From positions 1 through 21,535 of the forward strand of contig JBCCQY010000164.1 in assembly GCA_039208735.1 (NCBI GenBank): a stretch of DNA of 21,535 nt. The letters run 5' to 3'. Both the position numbers and the translations under genes were made by a program. The notes under the pieces were generated by a model, which saw only the letters and a list, made by a program, of their open reading frames with translations, was not told the origin of the DNA and searched no databases. This DNA is from Myxococcota bacterium. Lineage in GTDB: Bacteria; Myxococcota_A; UBA796; GCA-2862545. This document shows, piece after piece, positions 11,781 through 20,442 of the stretch (position 1 is its first letter; each line of letters starts with the position of its first letter).

Positions 11781-12464
11781 CTACAAGTCGAGTTCCGAGG
11801 CCCCACCGCGTTCGACGGCTCGGGCGTAGGCTTCGCGCCCGCGCACCCGGTCGAGCCAGCCCATCGCGTTGGGTTGCTCTTGTCCAAACATGCCCCGCTG
11901 GGCGCCACTCGACACCGCGTACGACATCACAATGTCGGCGGCGGTGAACGATTCCCCCGCAAAGTACGGGTGAGCCGCAAGATGCTGTTCGATGAAGTCC
12001 GCGTGCAGCGACAACTCCCCGTCGGTAAAGGAGGCGTCCACACGCTGCGCGATCCGCTTCACCACCGGCTTGATGAAGAAGGGCAAGGGGGCTGTGCGCA
12101 AGCGGCTCGTGATCAACGCCACGAGCAGCGGCGGCATCATCGATCCTTCGCTGTAATGAAGGAAGAACCGATAATGCTCAAACGCATCTTGGTCTTCACG
12201 AGCCGGCTTCAGCACATGATCGGTGTCGAACCGGTCGCACAACTCCTCCACCACCGCACCCGTCTCGGCATAGGTCCGACCCTCGATCTCCACGACCGGT
12301 GCCTTCCCCAGGGGATGGGCCTCGCGAAGTGCGGGGGGTGCCCGAAGCGTGCGTGGGTTCCGCTCGTAGGTCGTGATGGTGTAGTCGAGGCCGAGTTCCT
12401 CGAGGAGCCAAAGCACTCGCAGGGACCGCGACTGGTTGAGGTGGTGAACAACGATCTGCGCCAT
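11781..12464 (-). CDS. Glutathione S-transferase (GTT1-like), ~227 aa
   Basis: HHLNQSRSLRVLWLLEELG, HPLGKAPV, AETGAV, HYSEGSMMP and YFAGESFTAADIVM. SD GGAGG precedes ATG 12464. Confidence 0.95.
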   Translation of the reverse strand: MAQIVVHHLNQSRSLRVLWLLEELGLDYTITTYERNPRTLRAPPALREAHPLGKAPVVEIEGRTYAETGAVVEELCDRFDTDHVLKPAREDQDAFEHYRFFLHYSEGSMMPPLLVALITSRLRTAPLPFFIKPVVKRIAQRVDASFTDGELSLHADFIEQHLAAHPYFAGESFTAADIVMSYAVSSGAQRGMFGQEQPNAMGWLDRVRGREAYARAVERGGASELDL

Positions 12465-12508
12465 GGCGCCTCCCACGAATCGGTCGTGGAAGGCACGTAT
12501 CGCTGCTG

Positions 12509-12991
12509 TCAGAAGTAGTAGCGAACGCCGATCGAGCCATCGAGGCCCGCGGTAATCCCTGGAACGATCACGAGTGCGAAGGCGATCTCGGCGTAGAACT
12601 GGACGGGCACATCTTCGAGGTCAAAATCGAGGCCCACCGGCAAGCGGGCCCCTGCGATGACCCCCCGGCCCTCAAACTGCGGGACGACCCAGTACCGCCC
12701 TGCATTGAGCCACCCCCCTACGCCCAGCCGCCAGGGGATCGTCACTCCGGCTCCCTCGGTAAGGGGCCCAAAGTGCTGATGAAACGTCACATGCGCATGG
12801 ACACTATCCGCAAACGTCGCACCGTACGCCGTTCCTACCGCGAAGTCGAACGCCGTCTCCCGGCCTCGAAGGTACAGTTTGCCGGTGATTCCGGAGAACG
12901 TACCGAGCTGAACGCCAAGGCCGAACGGGCGCACCGAACCCACCTCGGTCGGGGTCTGCGCCACCGCCGCACCTGCCATTACCCACCACAT
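12509..12991 (-). CDS. Small outer-membrane beta-barrel protein (DUF3996-like), ~160 aa
   Basis: Amphipathic strands (FGLGVQLG, SGITGKLYL, GARLPVGLDF, PVQFYAEIA) and a C-terminal beta-signal GSIGVRYYF. SD AGGAGG precedes ATG 12991. Confidence 0.8.
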   Translation of the reverse strand: MWWVMAGAAVAQTPTEVGSVRPFGLGVQLGTFSGITGKLYLRGRETAFDFAVGTAYGATFADSVHAHVTFHQHFGPLTEGAGVTIPWRLGVGGWLNAGRYWVVPQFEGRGVIAGARLPVGLDFDLEDVPVQFYAEIAFALVIVPGITAGLDGSIGVRYYF

Positions 12992-13104
12992 GACGATCCT
13001 CCTGCTGTCTTCGACTATGCCGCGGAACGCACAACCCTGACGCACCACATTCGTCTTCCCTCTTTGTGCGGCTCACGTGTCAAACGGGTCAGAGAGGAGG
13101 ATGC

Positions 13105-14091
13105 ATGACCCTAAACCCCCGTGCCGCCTGGTTCGCCTCGTGGATCGCGCTCACCGCCCTGACGGGCTGCGAATCCGCACTGACCGGCAACGAAGGCAAC
13201 TTCCAGTTTTCGTACGAAGCCGACGACCGTGTCAACGACTTCAACAAGCCCCTTGCGGTGGGGGCTTCGCTCGATCTTGAAGTGCGCGATGTGGGGGCCC
13301 GACAGCCCGTCACGCTGTCTGCCGCGGACTTCGCAGAAGCTGGAGTGCTCGAGGTCTCCACCTTCGCCGACCAGAACATCACGATCACCGGGGTGGGCGA
13401 AGGCACCGCCCTTCTCGAAGTCGAAGGCACGACCGCGAATGGCCAGACCCTCACCGACTCCGTGAACCTGCAGTCACGGATTCCTGAGGTGCTCGAACTG
13501 CGTCACACCTGCAGCGATGGGGCCGAAGCGGCCTACCTGACCAATGCGCGCGCGTATGTTCCATTCGAACTGGAGATGTCGAACGGCCAGCCCGTCATCG
13601 GCTACGGCTATTACCCGCTCGACGACGTCACGGGCGTGACCGTGAACCGCTCCGACAGCAATCAGACGCACATCGCCCTCGATGCCGGTGGCACCTCAGC
13701 GACCGTGACCCTTTCGAGCACCATCGACGACACCACCCTCGACGTCGTGCTGGTCAGCGAGGCCGAGATCGATGGAATCACCGAGCCGATCGCCTGGGTC
13801 ATCGAAGACATCGATGTGGGCGACACGAACCCCTTCTATGTGCTGCCGACGGCGATGGGTCGCACCATCTGCCAGGCCAACGTCACCAAAACGGTCGTAA
13901 GTTCAACGCCCGAAATCTGCACCATTCGGGAGCGCGATCCCGTGCCCGGCAGCGGCGACGGCACGTTCGAGTTTGGCTGGTTTGACGTGACCGGGGTGGC
14001 CGCCGGGACGTGTGAATACGTGGTGACCTACCCCGGCGGCGATGGCGGCGCAGGCGTCAGCGCCACGTTTACGTTCCCCATCGAACCTTAG
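13105..14091 (+). CDS. Lipoprotein, acidic and beta-rich (Ig-like folds likely), ~328 aa
   Basis: SD GAGGAGG; signal MTLNPRAAWFASWIALTALTG-C with an LTGC lipobox; Thr/Val/Gly-rich, with ITITGVGEGTALLEV and VTGVAAGTC motifs like bacterial Ig domains. Confidence 0.8.
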   Translation: MTLNPRAAWFASWIALTALTGCESALTGNEGNFQFSYEADDRVNDFNKPLAVGASLDLEVRDVGARQPVTLSAADFAEAGVLEVSTFADQNITITGVGEGTALLEVEGTTANGQTLTDSVNLQSRIPEVLELRHTCSDGAEAAYLTNARAYVPFELEMSNGQPVIGYGYYPLDDVTGVTVNRSDSNQTHIALDAGGTSATVTLSSTIDDTTLDVVLVSEAEIDGITEPIAWVIEDIDVGDTNPFYVLPTAMGRTICQANVTKTVVSSTPEICTIRERDPVPGSGDGTFEFGWFDVTGVAAGTCEYVVTYPGGDGGAGVSATFTFPIEP

Positions 14092-14726
14092 TTTGCGACG
14101 AACTGCGTTTCCCATGCTTCGCAGTGGCGAGCCCGAAACGCAAGACGCAACGGCTCGGCTTCATCGAAGCGAATCACGAAGTCGTCGAGCTGACCGCGAA
14201 TGGACTGCCCCGGGGAGTGCCCTTGCACGCTTAGCGTTCCTCCATCGGAGGCGAACGCTTCGAGGTAGTCGCTCGGCTGGCCCGTGGTGAGGTCCACGGC
14301 GTCGAAGTGGTCGAAGAAGTGGAGGAACTGGGCTTGCACCAAGCTCCCCTCGGGTGGATTGCCCAGGTTCAACGCGCCGGGCAGGGTCTCCCCCCGCAGT
14401 GAGGTCTCGAGATCGTCGACCCGCAACAGCAACTCCGCAAGCCACACGTCCGACGGAAACGCGGCTTGCCAGGCTTCAGCGTAGTTGGTCGCCTGATCGA
14501 GGTCCTCGGTCGCGTAGAAATCGATGCGACTCGTGGCTACGGCGGCACTCGCTTCGCACAACCCAGCCGGTCCCAACCGTACGAAAATCAAGTCCTGACC
14601 TGGGCCAAAGTAGTCCGCTTCTTGAATGAACGCGGCATCCTCGAACATTGGCGTGGTGGCGTCGACCTCCCCAGTCAGGGCGCCCCCAGCCGAACAACCC
14701 GCCAACATCCAGGCAAACCAACGCAT
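14088..14726 (-). CDS. Hypothetical lipoprotein, ~212 aa
   Basis: SD GGAG precedes ATG 14726; MRWFAWMLAG-C gives an LAGC lipobox; the stop overlaps the convergent gene's stop (TTAG at 14088-14091). Confidence 0.72.
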   Translation of the reverse strand: MRWFAWMLAGCSAGGALTGEVDATTPMFEDAAFIQEADYFGPGQDLIFVRLGPAGLCEASAAVATSRIDFYATEDLDQATNYAEAWQAAFPSDVWLAELLLRVDDLETSLRGETLPGALNLGNPPEGSLVQAQFLHFFDHFDAVDLTTGQPSDYLEAFASDGGTLSVQGHSPGQSIRGQLDDFVIRFDEAEPLRLAFRARHCEAWETQFVAN

Positions 14727-14797
14727 GATGTCTCCAGGCTGGCTTCGTAGCGTTGGCATCGCCTGGCGTCGAGGTATGGTCGGCGGAGGAGGCCCGC

Positions 14798-15475
14798 ATG
14801 GCGGAGGTCGAGCTCTACGGACCGATCAAGCGCTTTTTGGAAGGCCAAGGCTACGAAGTCAAAGGGGAAATTGGGGCCTGCGATGTGGTCGCGGTCCGAG
14901 GCGAAGAAGCGCCCATCATCGTGGAACTCAAGCCGTCCCTCAACCTCGCGTTGCTGTTGCAGGCCGTCGACCGACTCACCCTTGCGGATGCCGTTTATGT
15001 GGCGTTTCGAGTCGGCAATGGCCACAGCGCGGCCTGGAGAACCCGTCGGCGGCAAGTCACCCGGCTCCTGCGCAGATTGGGCTTGGGCCTGCTGACGGTC
15101 TCGGCCAAGGGCGAAGTGGAACCCGTGCTCGATCCTGCGCCCTACCGCCCCCGCCCGAAGCCTTCGGGTCGCAAACGGATGCTCCGAGAATTCGCCGAGC
15201 GGGTCGGGGACCCGGAACCCGGAGGGAGCCCGCCGCGCGCTCGCCTGACCGCCTACCGACAACACGCCTTGCGGTGCGCGAGGGAACTCGCCGCCGTCGA
15301 GATGCTGAAGGTTGGCGAGATCCGGTCAAGAGCCGGCGTCGAACGGGCGGGAACCATTCTTTCCGACAACCACTACGGTTGGTTCGAGCGGGTCAAGCGA
15401 GGCTCGTACGCGCTTTCGCCCAAAGGTCGCGCAGCCCTCGAAGATTGGGCGCTGGCCCTCGAACGCTTAGTCTAG
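14798..15475 (+). CDS. DUF2161 family putative PD-(D/E)XK nuclease-like protein, ~225 aa
   Basis: ELYGPIKRFLEGQGYEVKGEIGACDVVA, IVELK, LLLQAVDR, RRLGLGLL, TAYRQHAL and DNHYGWFERV. SD GGAGGAGG precedes ATG 14798. Confidence 0.9.
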   Translation: MAEVELYGPIKRFLEGQGYEVKGEIGACDVVAVRGEEAPIIVELKPSLNLALLLQAVDRLTLADAVYVAFRVGNGHSAAWRTRRRQVTRLLRRLGLGLLTVSAKGEVEPVLDPAPYRPRPKPSGRKRMLREFAERVGDPEPGGSPPRARLTAYRQHALRCARELAAVEMLKVGEIRSRAGVERAGTILSDNHYGWFERVKRGSYALSPKGRAALEDWALALERLV

Positions 15476-18400
15476 CCACGTCTCGGCGGGCGATGGAAAG
15501 CGCTGGTCGCGGACCCGACGGCTGGACGATGGCGGCACCTCGGTCACCGCGTCCATGGGATCGAGTGACGCCTCTTCGATCATCGGGACATCTGGCGGTG
15601 CTCCGCGGGGACCTGCAGGGACGGCCGGCGCGGTTTCTCGCTCATCCGACCGCACCAGCACGAACTCCACCCGCCGGTTGACCTCGGCCGCATCCTCCGC
15701 GTCGGGGGCGACCAAAGGCCGCGAAAACCCGTAGCCCTCCGAAAGCAACCGCCCCCGCGGCACGCCTTGGTCCATCATCCAGCCGAGGACCGTGTCCGCT
15801 CGGGCCTGGGAGAGCCAGACATTGTAGTCGGCGCCGCCGTGATGGTTCGTATGGCCCTCGACGAGCAAGTAGTCGACCTCGGGGTGTTGCCGCAACACCC
15901 CGAGCACCGCCCGAAGAACTGGAATGCTCCGTTTCAGAAGGTCGGCTTTCCCCTCCTGAAAGAAGACCTGTTCACTCACCACGATGCGATCGTCTTGCAC
16001 CTCGGCGATCACCGGCTCGGGTGGCGACACGTCGATGGGCACAAACCGCACTTCGATGACGTCGGGCCGCGCCACGGCCGCAGGAGGCGGAGGCGGCGGT
16101 TGGGCCGTAATGACGGGGAGGTCTGCGCTGGGGCCAAAGGCCGTGCCGAACGCAATGCGCCACGAAGGAACCCCCGGCGCGGTCCCCATCCCAACGCCCA
16201 CATCCAGCGTGAAGGAAGGACCGGAGGCCGGTCGCCAGGCCGCGCCGACCGACGCTTCGATGGGGAACGTGGAAAATCCAGTGCCCCCGTCACTCACCAC
16301 CTCGGCGCGCACGAGCCACCACGGTCCAAATCCGACGTGGGCCGAGGCCCCTGCCACAAAGCCAGAACCCACATCGACGTTGCGCACCGCAAGGTTGCCC
16401 CCAAGCCGAACCCCTGCGTTGACCGCCCAGCCGAAGCGTCCCATGCGTTGTCCCAACGCGATCATCGGTGCGACCGCGGGAGCTGGCAAGCCGACGAAGC
16501 GCGCCGCGGCCCCGGTGGGAATCCAGCCGTAGAGCTGTCCTGTGATCCCCAACCGGCGGCCTTCTTGCGGCCTCACAAGGGCTCCCGCGCCCAGTCGCAA
16601 GTCCCCCGGCGCAGCAAAGAGGCCGTTCGAGCCCGAACCCAACACGTGCACGGGCATGGCGACGTCGAACTTGAGCCAAGACAACGGTGCAGCCCCGAGC
16701 CACGGGTTGATCGTCACCAGGCCATCGATGATGGGCACATCGCCGCTGGAAAGCCGTTCGACGACGGGCTGAGCCGCCCCGTCCACGACCACACCGGTCG
16801 CCAGTCCGCGAAGGCCTCGGCCCCCCTCTGAGACGCGCAGTCCACTTCGGGGGTCGTTCGTCGTGTTGAAGACTTCGAACGCATGACCATCAAGGCCCTG
16901 AGCCTGCCCCGTGGCCGGTCGAAGGGCCCATAGCAACAGCAAGCCGAGCCAGAACGGCCCCATGCCGCCGACCTGGCACCCACCACCGCCAAAGGGCCCT
17001 TGCGGGTCGACAAAGTCGGGAATTCCGTCGCGATCCGCGTCGGCGGTGCCTTCCTCGGCATCGGGTCGCCCGTCGTCATCGGCGTCCAGATCGAGGTGAT
17101 TGGGTTGCCCATCTCCGTCCACATCGGGATCGGCCACCCCATCGCCATCCACGTCGATGGCGTGCTCGCGACTGGTGGAGATGCCATCGCCGTCGTCATC
17201 GGGGTCGAGTGCATCGATCCCACCGTCCTGGTCGGTGTCGGGGGCTGACTTGGCGGTCGCTTCGATGCCGTCTTGGAGTCCATCTCCGTCGCTGTCCGGG
17301 GTCATCGGGTCGGTGCCCCACGTCCACTCATCCCAGTCGGGAAGGCCGTCGTCGTCACGATCGTCGGTCTCAGCAAACCCGTCGCAATCGTCATCGATCC
17401 CGTTGAGTTGCTCCTCGGCGCCAGGATGGACCGTGTCATCGAGGTCGTCGCAGTCATCGGCCAGCGGATGGCCATCGCCGTCCTGGTCGTCGTCCCGACC
17501 GTCGCAATTGTCGTCGATCCCGTCGTACCAACGCTCGACGGCCGATGGGTTCACCGCGGCTTCGGTGTCGTCGCAATCCAGTCCATTGTCGGCGAGGCCG
17601 GGCTGAAGCGAGCAATGGAGCGACCACCGGTTCGCGTCTCCGAATCCGTCGGCGTCGGCATCGACGTAGTAGGTGCGTGGGTCGACCGGATCATCGTCGA
17701 CGAGGCCGTTGCAGTCGTTGTCCCCACCGTCGCATCGCTCGGGCGCACCGCGGTAGACCGAAGCGTCCACATCGTTGCAGTCATCGCCGCCGTACAGCAG
17801 GGCATCTCGGCCGTCCTGGTCTTGATCGTAGTCAGACCGTCCGTCACAGTTGCCATCGACGCCGTCGTAGTAGCGTTCGATGCCCCCAGGCTTGACCCCG
17901 GGTTCGGTGTCGTCGCAGTCCGTACCGCCGAAGGCGTCACTGTCAAAGCCGTCGCCATCGACGTCAAAGTCGGAATCCCCTGCGCAATCCGCATCGAGAC
18001 CGTCGTAGGGCGTATCGGGCGCGTTCGGGTACACGTCGGGGTCACGGTCATCGCAGTCCGTGCCGTTCGGCCCGCCATCCCAACCATCGGTGTCCACGTC
18101 CGAGAGGTCTGCGCCATCGCAGTCCTGATCGAGCCCGTCGTAGGGAAGCTCGACCAAGCTGGGAGCCCGTCGGGGGTCGTTGTCGTCGCAATCCACGTGA
18201 GCGTAGCTGCCATCGCCATCCTGATCGACGACGAACCCCGCCGGACCGCCCCAAGCGCCCAGGTCTGACCGCGACCCATCGACATCCACCAGGGCAGGGT
18301 CGCCGCTGTCGATCGCAGGAGAGCCGACCTGCAGGCGGAGGTCATCGTCGGCGGCATTGCCATCCAACGTGTAGGCGAGGAACCGCGGATCGGCGGTCAG

Positions 18401-20356
18401 GGCCTGGGCACTTTCCGGCGGGGTGGTGAAGAAGCCAACCCAGTCGCCGCCGGAGTTCTGGTGGGTGAGGTGGTAAAACCGGTCCGAAAGGGCGGCCGCC
18501 GTCGCATCTCCATAGATGCCTCCGCCGTCGGTGGCGCCCACGGCGATGGTGTTGACGAGGCGCACCGTGCCTTGACCGATGTAGAGGTGGGCGCCTTCAT
18601 CGCTCGCGCCGTTGCCGACGAACGTGTTGTTGACGACCTCAGCCGCCGCGGTGGCTCGGAGTTCGACGCCTCCACCCGTCGCCGCTTGGTTCTCACTGAA
18701 GGTGCACGATCGAATCGACGAGGGCTGCACCGAGGCTGTCTCGAAGACGCCGCCGCCCGCCGCCGCGACATTGGCGTGCCAGGTCGCCCGCTCCAAATCG
18801 AGCGCCCGCGCCCCGTCTGCGAACACGCCGCCTCCCCGACCCGCAGCGGTATTGCCAAGCAGCTCTGACTCGTGCACAAGCAGCTCGTCAATGCCTTCCC
18901 CCGACACCGCTCCTCCGTCGGTTCCCGCCTGATTGGCCTGAAATCGGCAGCGTAGGATCGACAGGTCCGCGGCTTCGTCGAGCAGCGCCGGCCGACCTGC
19001 GATCGCACCTCCATTGCCCGCCACCGCTCGGTTCGAAAGGAACGTCGAAGAAGACGCTTCGAGCGGTGTGTCGCCGCCAAGGTGAATCGCTCCGCCGTGC
19101 CCACTGCGCACCGCGTTGCTGTCGAAGCGTACGCCATTGAGCAAAAGGCCGGACGGTACTGTATCGATAGCCAGTGCACCGCCGTGGGTTTCGGCTCGAT
19201 TCGACAGGAACGTGAGGTCGACCAGGTCGACCGCCCCGGCGCCCGTGGCGAGCAGCGCGCCCCCCGACTCCGATGCTTCGTTGCCCACATACACCGAGGC
19301 GGTGTCGACGTAGCGGGCGAGCGTTCGAAGGTGGACCGCTCCGCCCTCGCGCGCACGGTTTGTGGCAAATCGGGCGCCGATCAGTTCGAGACTCGCCGAA
19401 CTGGTCGCGGCGACCGCACCGCCTTCTTCGAGCGCCGTGTTGCCATCAAACACGGTGCTCGTAAGGCGTAAGTCGCCGCCATCGGACGCAATCGCCCCCC
19501 CGCGGCGGGCTTGATTGTTGGCGAACGTGACGTCCGACAATTCGGCCGACGAGGTCGCGTCGAGGTACAGCCCACCGCCGTCGTAGCCAAGGGAGGCCGA
19601 GGCCGCGAGCCCTCCACGAATGGCCCCGCCATCCACCTCCAACCGAGCCCCATTGCGAAGGTGAATCCCCACCCCTGGCGTCAGATCCCCACGCGCATCC
19701 ACGATGGTGAGGCTCGACACGGTGAGTTCGCTACCATCGAGGTAGACGCCTCCGCCTTCGTAGTCGGCGTAGGGCATGTCGAGGGCGAGATCGCTCGCCA
19801 CCACGACCGACGACGCGATGAAGAGTCCGCCGCCCCATGATGCCTGGGCATTGGTCAACGACACAGATACTAACGAGACTTCCGCTCCGTCCGAGATGTG
19901 GATCCCGCCGCCTTGTGCCCCGACCGGATCGGCAATGCTCACGCTGACCAGACGGGCCTGTCCTCCCCGAATCCGGAAGGCTCCGCCATTCGTCGCCGCC
20001 GTTCCGGGACCCTCGATGACGAGGTTCCGAAACAAGGGCGCGCCCCCTCGCACGTCGACGCCGCGTCCTCCTTCGAGTCGCAGCGTGAACCCTTCGAGGC
20101 CGCCGGACTCGCCGTCGTAGCGGGCCGCCGTCTGCCCTAAGGGAGGTTCAAGAACGGTGACGCCCGCCCCCGTCGTGCTTCGGATGTCAAGGTCCTTGCC
20201 GAGCAACTGCAGCGCTTCGGGATAGGTGCCAGGCTCGACGAGCACGACATCACCCGACGCTGCAGCCCCAATCGCCGCTTGCACCGAGGTCAGCGACTGG
20301 CTGGGCCCCACCGTCCAGGTCGCAGCGAGCGCGTTACCGATAAACCACGTCCACAT
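15467..20356 (-). CDS. Large secreted surface protein, 1629 aa: right-handed beta-helix, MopE-like Cys/Asp repeats, TSP3-like Ca-binding repeats, internal MYXO-CTERM-like segment, OM beta-barrel, Pro linker, OmpA-like C-terminal domain
   Basis: GGA/GGG...FxxNxA repeats; LRLQVGSPAIDSG cap; DCDD...DGxDxxCxG repeats; DxDxDG repeats; GGGGC followed by a hydrophobic helix; GDLRLG and amphipathic strands; VEGHTN...NVWLSQARA...GYGFSRP...NRRVEF. Confidence 0.92.
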   Translation of the reverse strand: MWTWFIGNALAATWTVGPSQSLTSVQAAIGAAASGDVVLVEPGTYPEALQLLGKDLDIRSTTGAGVTVLEPPLGQTAARYDGESGGLEGFTLRLEGGRGVDVRGGAPLFRNLVIEGPGTAATNGGAFRIRGGQARLVSVSIADPVGAQGGGIHISDGAEVSLVSVSLTNAQASWGGGLFIASSVVVASDLALDMPYADYEGGGVYLDGSELTVSSLTIVDARGDLTPGVGIHLRNGARLEVDGGAIRGGLAASASLGYDGGGLYLDATSSAELSDVTFANNQARRGGAIASDGGDLRLTSTVFDGNTALEEGGAVAATSSASLELIGARFATNRAREGGAVHLRTLARYVDTASVYVGNEASESGGALLATGAGAVDLVDLTFLSNRAETHGGALAIDTVPSGLLLNGVRFDSNAVRSGHGGAIHLGGDTPLEASSSTFLSNRAVAGNGGAIAGRPALLDEAADLSILRCRFQANQAGTDGGAVSGEGIDELLVHESELLGNTAAGRGGGVFADGARALDLERATWHANVAAAGGGVFETASVQPSSIRSCTFSENQAATGGGVELRATAAAEVVNNTFVGNGASDEGAHLYIGQGTVRLVNTIAVGATDGGGIYGDATAAALSDRFYHLTHQNSGGDWVGFFTTPPESAQALTADPRFLAYTLDGNAADDDLRLQVGSPAIDSGDPALVDVDGSRSDLGAWGGPAGFVVDQDGDGSYAHVDCDDNDPRRAPSLVELPYDGLDQDCDGADLSDVDTDGWDGGPNGTDCDDRDPDVYPNAPDTPYDGLDADCAGDSDFDVDGDGFDSDAFGGTDCDDTEPGVKPGGIERYYDGVDGNCDGRSDYDQDQDGRDALLYGGDDCNDVDASVYRGAPERCDGGDNDCNGLVDDDPVDPRTYYVDADADGFGDANRWSLHCSLQPGLADNGLDCDDTEAAVNPSAVERWYDGIDDNCDGRDDDQDGDGHPLADDCDDLDDTVHPGAEEQLNGIDDDCDGFAETDDRDDDGLPDWDEWTWGTDPMTPDSDGDGLQDGIEATAKSAPDTDQDGGIDALDPDDDGDGISTSREHAIDVDGDGVADPDVDGDGQPNHLDLDADDDGRPDAEEGTADADRDGIPDFVDPQGPFGGGGCQVGGMGPFWLGLLLLWALRPATGQAQGLDGHAFEVFNTTNDPRSGLRVSEGGRGLRGLATGVVVDGAAQPVVERLSSGDVPIIDGLVTINPWLGAAPLSWLKFDVAMPVHVLGSGSNGLFAAPGDLRLGAGALVRPQEGRRLGITGQLYGWIPTGAAARFVGLPAPAVAPMIALGQRMGRFGWAVNAGVRLGGNLAVRNVDVGSGFVAGASAHVGFGPWWLVRAEVVSDGGTGFSTFPIEASVGAAWRPASGPSFTLDVGVGMGTAPGVPSWRIAFGTAFGPSADLPVITAQPPPPPPAAVARPDVIEVRFVPIDVSPPEPVIAEVQDDRIVVSEQVFFQEGKADLLKRSIPVLRAVLGVLRQHPEVDYLLVEGHTNHHGGADYNVWLSQARADTVLGWMMDQGVPRGRLLSEGYGFSRPLVAPDAEDAAEVNRRVEFVLVRSDERETAPAVPAGPRGAPPDVPMIEEASLDPMDAVTEVPPSSSRRVRDQRFPSPAETWLD
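17003..17365 (-). repeat. Protein-level DxDxDG (bacterial thrombospondin type 3-like) Ca-binding repeats
   Basis: DRDDDGLPD, DSDGDGLQD, DTDQDGGID, DDDGDGIST, DVDGDGVAD, DVDGDGQPN, DADDDGRPD, DADRDGIPD. Boundaries are approximate. Confidence 0.85.
17370..18230 (-). repeat. Six protein-level MopE-like putative metal-binding repeats
   Basis: DCDDNDP..DGLDQDCDG, DCDDRDP..DGLDADCAG, DCDDTEP..DGVDGNCDG, DCNDVDA..DGGDNDCNG, DCDDTEA..DGIDDNCDG, DCDDLDD..NGIDDDCDG. Boundaries are approximate. Confidence 0.85.
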
Positions 20357-20442
20357 GGCGTTCGTGGGCCTCCGAGCACCACATCGATCCGCAGATTCGC
20401 CAGTTGAGCATGCCCCGGTGAGTCGCCGGAGCTGGAGGAGCG

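Noticed and set aside
10653..12518. 621-aa plus-strand ORF spanning the ABC and GST genes
   Set aside because: Antisense mirror of two in-phase minus-strand genes, with a His/Arg/Gly-rich non-protein-like composition.
14798..15475. DUF2161 nuclease-like gene as part of a defence system
   Set aside because: It stands alone, with no methylase, ATPase or mobile-element neighbours and no visible compositional anomaly.
17003..18230. Repetitive gtcgtc/ccgtc DNA as a possible CRISPR or tandem array
   Set aside because: Degenerate codon-level repeats encoding Asp/Gly/Cys motifs inside a CDS; no identical repeats with unique spacers and no cas genes.
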